Below are positions 25,319 to 38,274 of a DNA stretch of 64,000 bases, one piece after another. The position numbers and the translations under genes were made by a program. How positions within the stretch are numbered: the stretch's first letter is position 1; each line of letters starts with the position of its first letter. The stretch comes from Scyliorhinus canicula (taxonomy: Eukaryota), in contig NC_052164.1 in assembly GCF_902713615.1 (NCBI RefSeq), positions 101,717,235 to 101,781,234 on the forward strand. Direction: 5' to 3'. The notes below the pieces were generated by a model. That model made no database searches. It was given only the letters and a program-made list of their open reading frames with translations, and was not told the origin of the DNA.

Positions 25319-25542
25319 GGGGCAGCACGGTGGCCTAGTGATTAGCACAACCGCCTCACGGCGCTGAGGTCCCAGGTTCGATCCCTGCTCTGGGTCACGT
25401 CCGTGTGGAGTTTGCACATTCTCCCCGTGTCTGCGTGGGTTTCGCCCCCACAACCCAAAACTGTGCAGAGTAGGTGGATTGGCCACGCTAAATTGCCCCC
25501 TTAATTGAAAAAATAATTGGGTAATCTAAATTTTTTAAAAAA
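25319..25542 (+). mobile_element. Short HE1 SINE variant with A-rich tail, perfect 15-bp TSD
   Basis: TSD agaatatggggcggg at 25304-25318 and 25543-25557, overlapping the adjacent TIR. Confidence 0.92.
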
Positions 25543-25550
25543 AGAATATG

Positions 25551-26043
25551 GGGCGGGATTCTCCCATCCCGCGGCAGAGTGTCCACGCCATCGTAAATGC
25601 CGTCGCGTTTTACGGCGGCGTGAACGGGCCGCTGCCAGGAGTAATTCTGGCCCCTACAGGGGGCCAGCACGGCGCTGGAACGGTTCGCGCCGCTCCACCT
25701 GCTGATCCCGGCGCGAACTATGGGCCGTGGGATCCGCGCATGCGCAGTGGCGCCAACACGCACATGCGAGGTGGCCTCCTTCAACACTCCGGCCCCGACC
25801 CAACATGGCGCAGGAGTACAGGGGGGGTGTGTAGGAAAAGAGGTTGGGGCACAGAGAGGCCGGCCTGCCGATCGGTGGGCCCCGATCGCGGGGCCAGGCC
25901 GAATCGGAGCCCCCCCCCCCCCCCCCCCCCCCCCGGGGTTGGAGCCTCCCCCTCTGCGGAGAATCGCGTGCCGGCGTCGGGGCGGCGTGGCCCGGTCACG
26001 CGGGGATTCTCCGGCCCGACCCCGGGCTGAGAGAATCCTGCCC
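25551..26043. mobile_element. Non-autonomous Harbinger-type TIR element (493 bp)
   Basis: TIRs GGGCGGGATTCTC / GAGAATCCTGCCC; TSD ATG (25548-50, 26044-46). Confidence 0.9.
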
Positions 26044-26410
26044 ATGAAGCTTGCCACCACAGGGGGGTGTCTGAGATAAGGAGCACAGGTACATTTAATG
26101 GGAAGCTGGGTAAACAAAAGAGGGAGAAAATAATAGAAGGATATGCTGATAGGTTGAGCTGAAGAGGAGTGGGAGGAAGTTTACGTCGAGCTTAAATGCT
26201 GGCATAGGCCAAATGACCTCTTTCAGTTCTGTACACCTGATATAATTTTATGTAACACACTCTTGAGCAGATAATTATTTTACCGGACTGGCTCCACATA
26301 GAAACTGTGAATCACCTCAGAACAGCATACCCAAAATTCTATTGACTAATAATACAACACATGAAGAATCTATTTGCACTCTTTCTTTTCATTTCTTTTT
26401 CTAAACACAG

Positions 26411-26544
26411 AGCCAAGGCCGTCGAGTTGCCTCCACGCACTCAGCCAACAATGCAACCAACGCAAATAGAAGGAGAGTCCTTTATTGGAGAGAAACCACC
26501 AACAAAGGAGCTAAAAGCCCACATGATCACCAGAAACAGGCTCA
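26411..26544 (+). other. Candidate exon (134 nt)
   Basis: Polypyrimidine tract ctttcttttcatttctttttctaaacacAG and donor TCA|GTAAGA; two open frames, no recognised protein. Confidence 0.3.
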
Positions 26545-26806
26545 GTAAGATGTTCGGCCTTTGAAGTGGGTCCCAGCACTGTGGCCAAGACATCAGTTCA
26601 AAGGGAGCCAGGGGGCCTGCACCCGCCATCCTCACTAAACCACAGGCGTTCAATGACCCTCCGCTTCCGTTCTCAGTTGGCAATGGACAATCAGGCAATT
26701 TTTATTTTAAATTCTTTGTTCTTGAGATTTGGGGAACACTAAACAGACAGCATTTATTGCCGAGCCCTTGTTACCCTGTGAATGTGGTCTTTCTTTAACT
26801 GTATAA

Positions 26807-27255
26807 GTCCTGGCTCAGTTGGTAGCACCCTTTGCCTCTGTGTCACAAAGTTCAAGTCCAGCTCTCGGATTTGAGCACATAAATGGAGGCTGACACTCCA
26901 GTGCAGTGTCGAGGGAGTGCTGCCCCGATGGAGAGGCTGCCTTTCAGATGAAATGCAAAACCGACGCCCGTCTGTCTGTTCAGGCGGATGTAAAAGATCC
27001 CAGGGCACTCTATTGAAGCAAATCAGGGGAATTTGTGCCAGTGTCCCGGCCGATTCCTATCCCTCAATCAACATCACCAAAACAGATGATCTGGTCATTA
27101 TCACATTGCTGTTTGTGGGCACTTGCTGTGTGCAAATTGGCTGCTTCATTTTCTACATTACATCAGTGACTACACTTCACAACGGACTTCATTGGCCGTA
27201 AAGCACTTTGGAGTGACTAATGGTTGTGAAAAGCAAAATGAAAATGGAAATATTG
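26807..27255 (+). mobile_element. Near full-length Deu-domain SINE (SacSINE1-like)
   Basis: tRNA-like head tggctcagttggtagcac...gttcaagtcc; core ctttcagatgaaatgcaaaaccga...taaaagatcccagggcact; L2-type tail gtaaagcactttgg. Confidence 0.8.
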
Positions 27256-27537
27256 CATTCTTTTCCTTTATAGCATTGGCTTCACAGCCGAATGGGTGTT
27301 TCATTCAAGGGTTTGTTCATTCAAAGCTCTGCTGTCTGCATCCTAACCTGCATCAAGTCTTGCTCACCATCAACCTCATTTACATTGGCCCCAGTCCAAC
27401 AAAGCTTCATTTTTAAGATTTTCTTTCTTGTTTTCAAATCTCTCCATGGTCCCGGCCCTTCCCTTTTGAGGTAACCTCCTCCGGACCCACAGTCCGCAGG
27501 GATTTCTGCTTTCCTCCAATTCCGGCCTCTTGTGAAT

Positions 27538-27796
27538 TGATGGAGTCAGACAGAGCAACCGCAAGGAAGTGATGATGAAAGCAACAAAAGTTTTACTTAC
27601 ACGATAACCTACGATGTATAACTCCATTCTCCCGCAGGTTCCAGCACGTCGCCCCACACTCGGGTTGGGATTTTTATGTCCGGTTGGCTTTCCTTGTTAA
27701 GGGAAAGCCCGCCACTGAACAGGGAAGCTCTTGGCCATCCAAGGTCACGGGGAACCTGATAGTCCACATCCCGTAACTCTCGTGAGGGTTACAACA
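27538..27796 (-). mobile_element. Solo LTR (259 bp), Gypsy-like, inserted in an L2 remnant
   Basis: TG...CA termini; perfect 5-bp TSD TGAAT (27533-37, 27797-801); similar to 46445-46699. Confidence 0.8.
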
Positions 27797-28352
27797 TGAA
27801 TCATTGGATTTCTATCTCTCCACCATTGGCAGACATGTCTTCAGGTATCTAGGCCCCAAATCTTGGTAACTTAACCCATCCACCAATCTCCAAAAGTGGC
27901 TATTTGCGGTTCCCTACACCACTTCACCTACCTGGTCGTTCATGCGAGATGAGAGCACCAGGGTGAGTGTGGATGGGCTATCCAATTCAACAGGGCATCA
28001 CAGCTAAGCCTAAACCAAGCCTAACCCAACAAGCGTGCATGCGTAAATGGCATGTGCCCACTTGCCAGCAATTGACGCGAGATAACCTGTCACCAGATGC
28101 ATAAAAGAGTTTACTGCGGTGATGGAACAATGGTCAAGTTTTTCTTCCCTAATCCAAAGGTTCTGGGGACAATCTACAGGGTTTCCATCCACACCCTGAA
28201 TCTGGAATCGAATCAGGAACCTTTCTGGAATTAAATGACCCTGTTTGTTGCTGGGTAAATTCAGGGTAGGAGGAATCGTATTTCTGCTTTAAACCCCTCC
28301 AGCTTTCGATGCGAGTCTAACATCTTTACTCTTGGATATAAAACAGAAAGGG

Positions 28353-28396
<44 letters not shown>

Positions 28397-28439
28397 TGTT
28401 TTTAAACTCCATTTGCTCCAGCTGTGCCTTTTTTTTTTC

Positions 28440-28650
28440 TCTCTGGTTCCTTTCACGTTCTATTCTCTGTCAGCGTGCTGCTCTCCATCAAGTGCACACC
28501 TCATCCAATCGTGCTTAAATGTCACCAGCACTGGGCAGCCAATAGCAGACAATCTCTGCCCTGCTCTAATTGGCAAAAGCACTGGCTGATGGCCACTCTT
28601 ATAACCAGCCAATTAAAACAAGCAGGGGGAGACATCAAAATGGTTCGGTC
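28440..28650. promoter_or_regulatory. CCAAT-box cluster (candidate promoter)
   Basis: CCAAT at 28505, 28539 and 28609, ATTGG at 28569, in unique sequence. Confidence 0.4.
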
Positions 28651-28924
28651 TCATATTTCCTGCTGTGTTTCGCATTCAACCCTGGAAATTCTGCAGGCTC
28701 CGTTTATTATTGTGGACTGCTGTACATTACAAACAGAAGCAAGGGGGGAATACAATGAGCCAAACCATTATCACTGAGCACGCACACTAAAACAAACACT
28801 ACTGTAAAATGCTGAAGATGCACCAGTGAATTTTATCCCCTCCCACACTTCAGGAACAGTTGTAATGGAGTTGCCCCTGAGGGATAAACATCGCTCTTCT
28901 TCAAATAATGTTGTGGGATATTTT

Positions 28925-29366
28925 GGGCGCGATCTATCGGCTGCGTCGCCCTCGAACGGGAGCGCGACGTGGCCAGTAGATGCCGGGTGTATCTTCTGGC
29001 GTGCTTCCCATCCTGGAAAGGGCGGCCTGAAGAGGGGGGGGGGGGCCCTCAGTGACCCCATAACGGAGTGTCCACACCTGGCGGGGGGGGGGGGGGGGGG
29101 TGTAATGCCTATGTGTATAGGGGGACATTACCCATGGGTGGGGCGTGTGGGGACCCACAAGCTCACTTAGAGATCGGGTACTTTTTCAAAATGGAGGCCC
29201 GATCTCAGAGTTCAGTGATGAAGAAAAGTCTGGGCGAAATCGGTGAGAAATTCCCCAGGGCCCAAAAAAGTGACTAACGTGTCGTTAGATAGCGGTGGGG
29301 AACCCGGCAGAAGAGCTGACGGAAAATACCCAGCAAAACCTGCCACTTTTCTGTTAGATTGCACCC
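28925..29366. mobile_element. Non-autonomous Harbinger-type TIR element (442 bp) in a minus-strand Deu-SINE
   Basis: TIRs GGGCGCGATCTA / TAGATTGCACCC; TSD TTT; removal restores the SINE segment gggatattttagatcc. Confidence 0.88.
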
Positions 29367-29679
29367 TTTAGATCCATTTGCGAGGACAGAGAGGGGTTTG
29401 GTTTCATGTCTCACCTGGGAAATGGTACCTCTGGCACTACAGCACTCCCTTGTTACTGGCACCGGGAGTGTTCTTGTGGATTTTGCACATGAATCACTAT
29501 AGTGTGTGTAAACACAAAACTGCCTGACAGAGAGACAAGAAGGCCACTCACTGAGTCGTGGCTGATGCCGAACATGACTACAGCACAGAAAGAGGCCATG
29601 AAGCACATTGCCCCAGTGCCAGTTCTTTTAAAGGGCTATCCAATTAACTCCACTCTCCTCTGCTCCTTCCTTGAAGCAT

Positions 29680-30435
29680 TAGTGCGACACAAGTGCCAGG
29701 CAATAACCATCTCCAATAAGAGAATCAAACCATCATCCCTTGACCTTCAATGGCATTACCATCACTGAATCATCCACTATCAACATCTTGGGGGTTCCCA
29801 TTGACCAGAAACTGACTGGAACAGCCATATTAATACCATGACTATAAGGGAAGGAATCCTGCGGTGAGTAACTCACCTCCTTGCTCCCTCAAGCCTGTCG
29901 ACCACCCACAAGGCACAAGTCAGGAGTGTGATGGAATACTCTCCACTTGCCTGGATGTGTGCAGCTTCAATAACACTCAAGAAGCTTGACACCATCGTGG
30001 ACAAAGCAGTCCGCTTGATTGCTCCCCCTTCCTCAAACAAAACCCTTCACCACTGACGAACAGTGGCAGCCGTGTGGACCATCTACAAGATGCACTACAG
30101 GAACTCACCAAGGCTCCATAGGCAGCACCTTTCAAACCCATGACTACCACCTTCTGGAAGGACAAGGACAGTAGATATATGGAAACATCGCCACCTGGAG
30201 GTTCCCCTCCAAGTCACTCACCAGCCTGATTGTGAAATATATCACCGTTTTTTTCACTGTCGCTGATTCAAAATCCCGGAACTCCCTCCCTAACAGCACA
30301 GTGGGTGTACCTACGCCACATGGATGCTGCGTTTAAGAAGGCAGCTCTCCACCACCTTCCCAAGGAGCAATTAGGGATGGGCAACAAATTCTGGGCCTAG
30401 CCAGCGACCTCCATATCCCGTAGAAAATTGATTTA
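29680..30435 (+). mobile_element. 3' fragment of a second CR1-group LINE family
   Basis: HKCQAITISNK...LTFNGITITE...KAQVRSVMEYSPLAWMCAAS...LKKLDTIVDKAVRLI with frameshifts; tail ttagggatgggcaacaaat; other pieces at 48640-48790 and 51200-51530. Confidence 0.8.
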
Positions 30436-31247
30436 AAAAGCACTGCCAATGGATAAAGTATTTATCCATTTCCCTTTTGAAAGTTTCTAATTAATCTATC
30501 ATCACTCACTTTTCAGGCGGTGCATTCCAGTCCAGATCACAACAACTCGCAAAAGAAAAGCTCCTCACTCCTGGTTCTTTGGCCTGGTCGACTGCACACT
30601 CTCAAATTCACTGGGCCCCATTCATTTCCCTATCTAAACAGCGATAAGCATGAAAGTTGCCTTCGTGATATGTAGTTGGCCGGAACACAAAACTTTAGTG
30701 CCTCTCCCACCTTCCCTGTGGATTCACATCATTTTGCACACAAACCGACTCTTTGATCTCCATCCAGGCAGATGCCAGGCTGCATCCCAATTGGAAAAAT
30801 TAATCAGTTTCGCAATAATCAAGAACGCCAAAGAGGTCCTTGAGGTCAGGTGCGAGCTTTTAGATTGATCAATCACCATACTTTTAGACCTCAGTTGAAA
30901 GATCTTTAGGCCTGTCGAATGGATATACGTGACTGTAAATAATCTTAATTTGAGAGAGGAGGGAGGAACAAGCGAGTGAGAATGAAAGAAGGAACACTGA
31001 GGGAAAGGTGGACTGGAGGAGAGGCAGTGTAAGAGAGAAAGAGAAAGCAGAAGATAGAATGAGATGCACACAGACAGCCAGAAGGGATAAAAGATACTGA
31101 AGCAGGCAAAGAAAGAGGAAGAGTAAACAGAAAGAGAAGTAGATATATACCGAATAGTTGAATATGAAGAGAGGGACAGGGATTGTGAAGAGACGCAGAT
31201 TCAGAAAGGTTCAGCTGTGTCAGCTTTCCCGTCACCCACTTAGCTTC

Positions 31248-31283
<36 letters not shown>

Positions 31284-31579
31284 CCTTTCCTTCAAATCGT
31301 TTATCCAATTAACTTTTTTAACTATCAGGATTTCTGCCTCCATTTCTGTTTCTGCTGGAGCAGCCTCAACAGCCTGAGCCCATACAAAGGGGAAAATAAA
31401 GAGACAAAGAGAATGGAAGGAAAGAAAGCCATTAAGGAAGGAAAAAACACGAGAGACAAAAAGTGAGACACACAGAAGAACAGCCTAAAAGAGAGATGGC
31501 CACGGAGAAAGAGAGAAACAGAAGAACTAAGTTGGAAATCTTGGCCTCTCTTCAGGTTTGTTCATTTACATAGAATGAC

Positions 31580-31864
31580 ATTGAGTCTGCACTGACCCAC
31601 TTAAGCCCTCACTTCCACCCTATCCCCGTAACCCAATAACCCCTCCTAACCGTTTTTGGTCACTAAGAGCAATTTACCATGTCCAATCCACCTAACCTGC
31701 ACGCCTTTGGACTGTGGGAGGAAACCGGAGCACCCGGAGGAAACCCACACAGACACGGGGCGAATGTGCAGACTCCGCACAGACAGTGACCCAGCCGGGA
31801 ATCGAACCTGGGACCCTGGAGCTGTAAAGCCACGGTTCTATCCACTTGTGCTACCGTGCTGCCC
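31580..31864 (-). mobile_element. HE1-type SINE (same subfamily as 547-865)
   Basis: Reverse HE1 with the caagtggatag head and gggttacggggatagggtggaagtgagggcttaag segment. Confidence 0.88.
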
Positions 31865-32478
31865 GAATGCCTTTTGTTCAAACCTTTTTTTTTGCTAATT
31901 CTGTGCTCACAGTCCAAGAGCTAAAAGGTCCACCCACCACCATGTTGTAAGAATGACTCACTAGGGAGTCTGGATGAGTACAAACTGTTTGTTGTTAACA
32001 CAAAACTATACACATGTCTCCAAGGTATAGCCCTGTCTGGATGGTATCTTCATACCAACTTCTCTCTACACACCATCACTCTCGACATCACAATGTGGAC
32101 AGTACTGTGTTCCGTCTCACATTAAGGCTTGATCTGCTGATCACCCTTATACTGCACAATACAGCTGTGACATGTCTGCCTCCGCAGTACAGACAGAGGT
32201 CTTCCATATCCTTTGCCTTGAACTCCGAGACCTTCTCAACCAGAATTATTCACCTTGGGTTAGAAACTGTGGAGCATCAGGCACCAGTTTAGAATCTAAA
32301 ATGTGGCCCTGTCCTGGTGACAAAATCAATCTTGATGAGAGTCACACCTGGGGTGGAAACTAAGAGAGAGAAGGTGATCAGATCGGGCCTAGACAAACAG
32401 GTCCATCTATCATCCTGTAGACACTGGCTCACCCTTGATATGCAGCGCGTAGGCAGCTCCCAGCAACCGTTCCTCTTA

Positions 32479-34010
32479 ATAATAATAATCTTTATTAGTG
32501 TCACAAGTAGGCTGACATTAACACTGCAATGAGGTTATTATGAGTCTCGCCAACACTTCGGCTTGGAGGCAGGGACAAGGGAAATGCCGATTCGGGGGAA
32601 CCACAGATTTAAGCCAGGGAAGTGGGATGGAAATTTTCGGAAATGGGAGGAGAAGGGGATTAAGACACTAAAAGATTTGTTTCTTAGGGGTCGGTTTGCA
32701 GGATTGAAGGAGCTGGAAGCGAAGTATGGGCTGGAGCAGGGGGAAATGTTTAGATACAGGCAGGTTCGAGATTTTGCCAGAAAGGAGATACAGAGCTTCC
32801 CGGTGGAGGCAGCCTCCACATTGCTGGAGGAGGTGCTGACGATAGGGGGAGTGGAGAAGGGGGTAGTGTCGGCGGGTTACGGAGCTATTTTGGAAGAGGA
32901 GAAGGTACCACTGGAAGGGATCAAAGCAAAGTGAGAGGAAGAGCTGGGGAGGATATGGAGGAGGGGGTCTGGTGTGAGGTGCTCCGGAGAGTGAATGCCT
33001 CCACCTCGTGCGCGAGGTTGGGGCTGATACAGCTGAAGGTGGTATACAGAGCACACCTCACGAAAGCGAGGCTGAGCCGGTTCTTTGAAGGAGTAGAAGA
33101 TGCGTGTGAACGTTGCGGGGGTTGAGGGGGGGGGGGGGGGGGGGGGGTGGTTGCTGAATTACATTCATATGTTTTGGTCCTGTCCAAAGCTGGAGGATTA
33201 CTGGAAGGAGGTGTTTAGAGTAATCTCTAAAGTGGTGCACGTGAAACTGGACCCGGGCCCTCGGGAGGCCATATTCGGGTTGTCGGACCAGCCGGGGTTG
33301 GAAACGGGTGCGGAGGCAGATGATGTAGTCTTCGCCTCGATGATCGCCCGGCGGATCCTGATGGGATGGAGAGCGGCCTCTCCACCCTGTGCCCAGGCGT
33401 GGCGGGGGGACCTGTTGGAATTCTTGACTCTTGAGAAGGTTAAGTTTGAACTGAGGGGAAGGATGGAGGGGTTCTACAATTCATGGCATTATTCATTGTG
33501 TACTTTCAAGAACTGGATAACATCGAACATTAGTTGGGGAGTGTGGGTGGGAGGGTTGGGGGTTGGGGAGGGGGGGCTGTGTGTGTTAATGACGACTATG
33601 GGTGATCCCTAATTCCTTTTTGTCATTTGTTTAAGTGAACATGCAGGCTAATGTTTGGGGTTTGGTGGGAGGATGGGATCGTTGTTATTGATATGCGGAT
33701 TGGCATATTTGTTACTGATTATTGTTTATTGTTGGTGGGTGTAAATTTGGGAGAAAATGTGAAAAAGGAGAATTAAAAAAATTTATAAAAAAAGAAGTTA
33801 CTGTGAAAATCCCCTAGTTGCCACGCTCCGGCGCCTGTTCGGGTACACAGAGGGAGAATTCAGAATGGCCAATTCACTTAACAGCACACCTTTTGGGACT
33901 TGTGGGAGGAAACCGGAGCACCCGGTGGAAACCCACGCAGACACGGGGAGAACGTGCAGACTCTGCACAGACAGTGACCCAAGCCGAGAATCGAACCTGG
34001 GACCCTGGTG
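32479..34010 (-). mobile_element. HE1 variant with (ATT)n tail, split by an L1 insertion
   Basis: Halves 32479-32537 and 33794-34010 rejoin to match 62165-62478. Confidence 0.85.
32538..33793 (+). mobile_element. 5'-truncated L1/Tx1-group LINE (C-terminal cysteine-rich zf-RVT region + 3' UTR)
   Basis: IQLKVVYRAHLT...CERCGG...HMFWSCPKLEDYW; G/T-rich UTR; A-rich tail; TSD gaggtta/gaagtta; stop codon and frameshifts present. Confidence 0.85.
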
Positions 34011-35066
34011 CAGCTCCACTGACACAATTCCCCAAAAATGGACAGTGAGCATTTTTGTTATTGTCTGTGGTGTCTGGATCAAGCACAATTCCCATTGGGA
34101 ATGAGGAATGCTCCACAACATTTCCAAAGTATGAGCCAGAGAATACAGGAAGAATGGGGAAAGCAAACCGTGCTAACAGCAGCCACTTAACTTTCAGTTT
34201 AATATTTTGCATGTTTGCCTGTTTCCAAGATGTTTCTTTCCCATTTTGGATCCTGCATAACGTCCTCAGAGCTGAATCCCAGCAATTCTTTGTTTCTGAC
34301 ATAAATTTCAGGATCTGCAGGGATTGTCTGCTCGGTTTCCCATTGTTCCTGAATAATTCTACCTCCACCATCACGTTATTTTTCCCCATTTCCCCGCTGT
34401 CTCCTTCCACCTCCCCATCTCAGGCCACTCCCCACCAGAGGATATCGGAGGCCAAGTGTCTTGGCTTTTGATTCTTCTGCTTCCCACCTGCCAATGCCAG
34501 CCCAGGTCAGGATCCCAACAACCAACCTGGACCTTTTGGACTGAATACTGTTTCTCTTGAGTCTCTGTACAGCTCCTAAGTAATGGCAGTCTCAGAAGTT
34601 AGTCTAAATTGACAATCTCATGTGAAGGATGACTCATGTAGGAAGTGTTAATGCCTCATCGGCGCATTGATTGGGATTTTTAAACATTTTAATCATTTTT
34701 GGGACGTGTTGCCCTTGAGGAGGCGGTACTGTATTGAGCCACCTTCTTGAACCCCTGCAGTCTGTGTGCTGTGGGTACATCAACAGTGCTTTTCTCTGTC
34801 ATGGTTCAACACAACTAAATGGCTTATTAAGCAATTGCAGGGAATAGTTATGAGTCAGTCACATTGCTATGAGTCTGGAGTCACATGTAGACTGGTTAAA
34901 GATGGCAGACGTCCTCTGCTGAAGGTCATCAGCGAACCAGGTGATTTTTTGTGACAACTCAGTGGTTTCATGATTGTTATTAACAAACTAACATTTTATT
35001 TCAGATTTGTTAATTAATTGAATGTAAATTCGTCCAGCTGGGGGGGTCTTGTAGATTTGAAAACAT

Positions 35067-38000
35067 GGGCGCAATTTAGCAACCACATCCCTGCCGGAAT
35101 TGGGAAGGGACATGGCCTCTCCCGGGATTCCCCATAGTCGTTTCACCTCGCGAGGTCTCGTTAGATCTGACAAGACATCGTGATCTGGATCTCACCCACA
35201 ATGGCCCCGACCTAGACTCACACAGTTAGAAGCGCTTAAAAGCTCACTTAGCTATGCTGCCGCCGGGTCCTGCCGGCACTCGGCATCTATTGGCCTCATC
35301 AAGGAGTCCCCAGTCGGGCGCCGGTTAGCACTGTCCCCAAAAACAGGGACCGGGCAAAATGGCACTTGGGGGATGGGGTCTCTCAGGCGATCAGAGGCTC
35401 CCAGGTGGTCGGCGTCTGGCCAAGCTGGCACCCTGGCACCTTGATACTCCCAGCCTGGCACCTTAGCAGTGCCATCTGGTGCAAGCTTGGCACTGCCATG
35501 CTGTCCAGGTGGCACTGCCAGGCTGTCAGGAGCACAACAATGAACTCATGGCAAGCCTTCAGGCCCGGGGCGATTTATTGGACGAGCTGTTCGGCATCAC
35601 TCTTGTAAAAGGAATCAACTCCCGAATGGATCGGGTGCACCCACTGGGTATCATTCACCTGTGCACGTGGCAGTGTGAAGAAACTCAAGGGCACTGCCAC
35701 AAGCAGTGAACTGAATAAACCAGTCAACAAACCCAGTTCACAGGTGGAATTATCTACTCTGGGCCTGAGGCCTGTGGCGGGGTGGGAAGCGGAGGTGCAG
35801 AGCCCAGCGGGGAAATGTGCCAAATTGTGTAATGCCAGGGGTTTCCGGATGAGTCGCGTGGCAGGACGGGCAGGATGGGCATGCCTTGCTGTCAAGGCCG
35901 AGTGCCATATTTTAAAAGGCATCCGGACAGTAATTCATCCATCACGTGCTGGACTTTGGGGCAGGACAGGGGAAAGTAGCAAGGTTCAGTGATGCTTCAC
36001 TGGATACACTTTTGAATGCGGTGGAGGGCAGGAAGGATGCCCTCATCCAAAGGATGGAAGGAACGGGACCACATGTCTCACCACCCATGTGTGGAAGGCA
36101 GTCATTAGTGCCAACTACATGTGCAGGAGGACCACACTGCAGTGCAGGAAAAGGAAGAATGACCGCTTCCATACAGGTAGGGTACGTGCACCCTGTACAC
36201 ACCCCCCCCCCCCCCCTCCCCCATACACACATTAATGAGTAGGAACTGGGACATGGTCCTCTGTAGCAAGGTCACCATTTGTGTTGTCCATGCATAAATG
36301 TCCTTCGCAGGTTGCTGAGGTGCTGCTTCATAGCCCTACTACAAGTCCACGTAGTCTGCGGGTGAATGTGGATTTGTGGCGCCAGATTGAGGGCTCAAAG
36401 GTTTTTTGGGGGGGGGGGGGCACAGGGGGAAACTGCGGACACTCCTGCTGCCAGCCTCTCCTGTATCTGTCATTCCTGTTGTTGGAGCTTGTGGCTTTGG
36501 AGGGTTCTGTTGAAGTGTGCTTGTGGAATAGCGCCATCTTTCACATGGCACACAGCTGCCAATGGGCTGGTGGTGAAGATTGGCAGCATGCAAACGACAC
36601 CTGCATCACAAGTGCTCACTAATCATCGTTTTTCCTCATGCAGAAGATAGCACACAATATGCGTGACAGAGAGATGATGGGAGGGTGCATGGCCACCCCC
36701 CCCTGCTCCCTCAGAGTGTGAAGAGCAGGCTGCTGAGCTGACAGGTCACATCCATCACCATTACTGTGCTGTTGGCAAGGCTGGCTTTCCTCAGCCATCC
36801 AATGAGGAAGCTTAGTCTCTACACATAGAAACCTTAGTGTGACAATGTAGGTGGCAGCCCCTCCAGTCACTCATTTCCTCCTCTTTCCATTCCAGGTGTC
36901 AGGGGAAGTGGGTGAGGCCGGAGCCTGACCCGAGTCCATCCCCAGCTCCAGCCTGGAGAGGAGTGAGGAGGATGACAACAGTTACAAATTCTCACTGCAG
37001 CACTGTCACCTGCCCCCTCCGCCAGCTCGGTGGGTATTAGATCGAGTTTAGACTAGGCCTCACACTCTGGCCGTCACTACACAGACATGAGTCTGCAGTA
37101 GAAGGTGGCAGGGGAAACCAAAATCGTTGTCACTCAGAGGACTTCTGGAGAAGAGGTTTCTGCTGAGGGGCCATTTAAGGGGCCAACCCAGACAGGTTCT
37201 ATGTCCCCCTGAATCATGCCTGCGCATGGAGGCACTGACTTTTGCCAAGGCACTTTTGAGCCAAGTGGAAGAAGCCTCCTATGCCTGCTGTTCCCTTGTC
37301 CTGCATAGCCTATTCCATTTATCCACCTATCCCTTGTCAGGAATAAATGCTGGGAGTCCCCTTCAGATGTCCAGATGAGTTAACCTGCAGCTCCGCCTAT
37401 CTGATGACCCTCCCTCCATCCAGCATTTAATGAGTTTGACATTGAGGTAGTGGTCAGTGTTTCAGCAGTAATGGTGCATAGACACAATTGTTTCAGGCCT
37501 GCTCAAATCCCTCCCATCCTCCACCCATACTCTCACACCAGTCACCACTAAATACACAATTCCCACCTTTATATTGCACCCCTAAGATCCATGTCCATTT
37601 TAGACTCCCCTCCAACAACCCAAACCGTGAAAACCGGCCCTTCATCCACCACAGACAGATCCTCAACCTCCCACCTACTGCATCTTGCTGCTCCCTTTAA
37701 CCATGACCCTTCCACCACTAATACCCTGGGTTTGCCCCCAGGATTCCACTCCCGATACCACCAATCCTTATCTCTGAACACCCCCCCCCCCCCCCCCCCC
37801 CCCCCCCCACCACTCACCATCCCTTCTCCAATCTACCATTCATAGTTCCCTGTTGCTCCCGTGGACTTTGCAATGGGCCTCGGTCTGTTTCCCCACCACA
37901 CCCAGCCAGCACCACCGCAAGGCTTCATTGTTAACCTCCCCCCCCCTCCATTTTCACATCCTCACCCAACCCACCTCATCGTGTCTCTCCTCCTCCCTCA

Positions 38001-38236
38001 CTGCACATCATCTCCCTGCTCCAGCCACCCACCTGCTGCTCCAGCCTTCAATGCCGGTAAATCCCGGCATGTGGACGCCACATTGGTCCAGTCACATTCT
38101 GGACCGGCGTGAAATTCCGTGGGCGAGGTAGTTGATCGGGCAGGGGGAGGAGTGGTACAATTCTGGGTTGGGTGGTAACTTGAAGCCTGATAATGAGATG
38201 CTAAACGGCTTCACGGCCAACTTTGACAGGAATGGC

Positions 38237-38274
<38 letters not shown>

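Noticed and set aside
31943-32172. Possible further solo LTR (TGTTGT...CA)
   Set aside because: No TSD could be identified and no second copy in the window
33874-34471. 178-aa and 138-aa opposing ORFs
   Set aside because: Partly SINE-derived, no recognisable domain, no convincing splice boundaries
37443-37460. let-7-like TGAGGTAGT
   Set aside because: Match ends after 9 nt and no complementary hairpin arm is evident
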